Shown: piece after piece, positions 63,086-64,000 of the stretch
Numbering within the stretch: the stretch's first letter is position 1
Layout of the letters: each line of letters begins with the position of its first letter
NCBI GenBank assembly: GCA_965250285.1
Contig: OZ252299.1
Coordinates: 3,712,001-3,776,000 of the forward strand
Direction: 5' to 3'
DNA: 64,000 nt
Origin: Myxococcota bacterium
GTDB taxonomy: Bacteria > Myxococcota_A > UBA9160 > UBA4427
Program-made: the position numbers and the translations under genes
The notes under the pieces: model-generated
Told to the model about the DNA's origin: nothing
The model's input: the letters and a program-made list of their open reading frames with translations, nothing else
Databases searched by the model: none

Positions 63086-63823
63086 TCAGCCGGTCCGGGT
63101 GACTCGGCTCGGCGCCCGGCCATCGAACGCGGCCGACGCCAGCGCTTCGAAGTCGGGGATCGTGATGGTGCGACGCTCGTAGGAGATGAGCCCTGCACGA
63201 CGCCACTCGGAGAGGTGCCGGTTCACGCTCACGCGCGTGAGCCCCACGCTGTCGGCCAGATCCTGCTGCGAGAACCCGTGCTCGATCACGATGGTGCCGC
63301 TGGGCTTGCGCATGCCGTACTGCTCGGCGAGGCCCCGGATGCGCAGAAAGAGCCGAGCCGCCGCGGGCAGCAGCACCGCGCTCTCGGCGAAGCTCGATGT
63401 CTGGCGGATCCGCTGGCAGAGCACGGCCATCAGCTCGCGGCTGGCGTCGGGATGCTCGGCGAGCACGTCGAGAAAATCGCTGCGTTCGATGACCACGGCC
63501 GTCGTGCGGGCCGCGGCGATCGCATCGGCGCAGCGGGGCTCACCGTCGAGGAGAGACATCTCGCCAAAGAGCTCACCCGGCTCGATCACGTTCAGGATCA
63601 CTTCGCCGCCGTCCGGTGCGAGCGCGCAGATCTTGATGCGCCCCTCGAGCACGACGAAGACCGACTCGCCCTCGTCGTCGCGCCGAAACACGAACTCCCC
63701 ATCGGCCAGCTGGACGTGGCGGGCGCGTGCGGCGAGATCTTCGAGGTCGTCGCGGTGCAGGACACCGAGCAGAGTCGAGGCCGCGAGCGACTCGACGACT
63801 TTTTCGTTGGGCGTGCTGGACAT
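63086..63823 (-). CDS. Crp/Fnr family regulator
   Basis: FGEMSLLDGEPRCA cNMP pocket; SQQDLADSVGLTRVSVNR HTH. Confidence 0.92.
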   Translation of the reverse strand: MSSTPNEKVVESLAASTLLGVLHRDDLEDLAARARHVQLADGEFVFRRDDEGESVFVVLEGRIKICALAPDGGEVILNVIEPGELFGEMSLLDGEPRCADAIAAARTTAVVIERSDFLDVLAEHPDASRELMAVLCQRIRQTSSFAESAVLLPAAARLFLRIRGLAEQYGMRKPSGTIVIEHGFSQQDLADSVGLTRVSVNRHLSEWRRAGLISYERRTITIPDFEALASAAFDGRAPSRVTRTG

Positions 63824-64000
63824 GGCTCGTCATCTCGCTGGTGCGACGCGATCACGGGCGCTCGAACGATCGCTTGATCATCGCGCGTCTCACCGTGCAC
63901 CGCCAAGCCCCGGCCCGTAGATCCGGGGCCACGAGCGGTCGCTTGGGCGCCCGTTCGGGGCGTAATGAGGCCGCCTGCGCGACGCGCGGTACGGGTCAGC

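Overview
High-GC bacterial chromosomal window, densely coding, with about 55 plausible CDSs. I saw no rRNA, tRNA, CRISPR array, transposase or phage gene. Most genes are accessory lipid, redox and regulatory functions (alpha/beta hydrolases, two N-acyl-D-amino-acid deacylases, GST, P450, SDRs, TetR/ArsR/AraC/Crp regulators, an extra FtsH, SelO, surface-sorted proteins). Main points of interest: (1) a putative light/photo-oxidative-stress island at about 41.4-50.7 kb, where a Wolinella-type diheme quinol:fumarate reductase operon (frdCAB) runs straight into an FeS-BCP-type photolyase and lies divergent from a MerR regulator with a Cys-rich C-terminal domain; a 24-bp AT-rich motif in that promoter recurs upstream of a second unit of micro-membrane proteins and a hidden selenoprotein; (2) that selenoprotein, a Prx-like UxxC domain fused to an SDR, truncated in the ORF track by its in-frame TGA; (3) an alpha-dioxygenase-like heme peroxidase with an N-terminal degenerate P450-like domain, flanked by FAD oxidases and an epoxide hydrolase; (4) an acetylene-hydratase-like Mo/W enzyme retaining the catalytic Asp; (5) a Crp / cytoplasmic subtilase / cyclase-STAND-TPR module whose last gene is frameshifted; (6) a MITE-like element flanked by CTAG. 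All family assignments come from motif recognition by eye; no database search was run.
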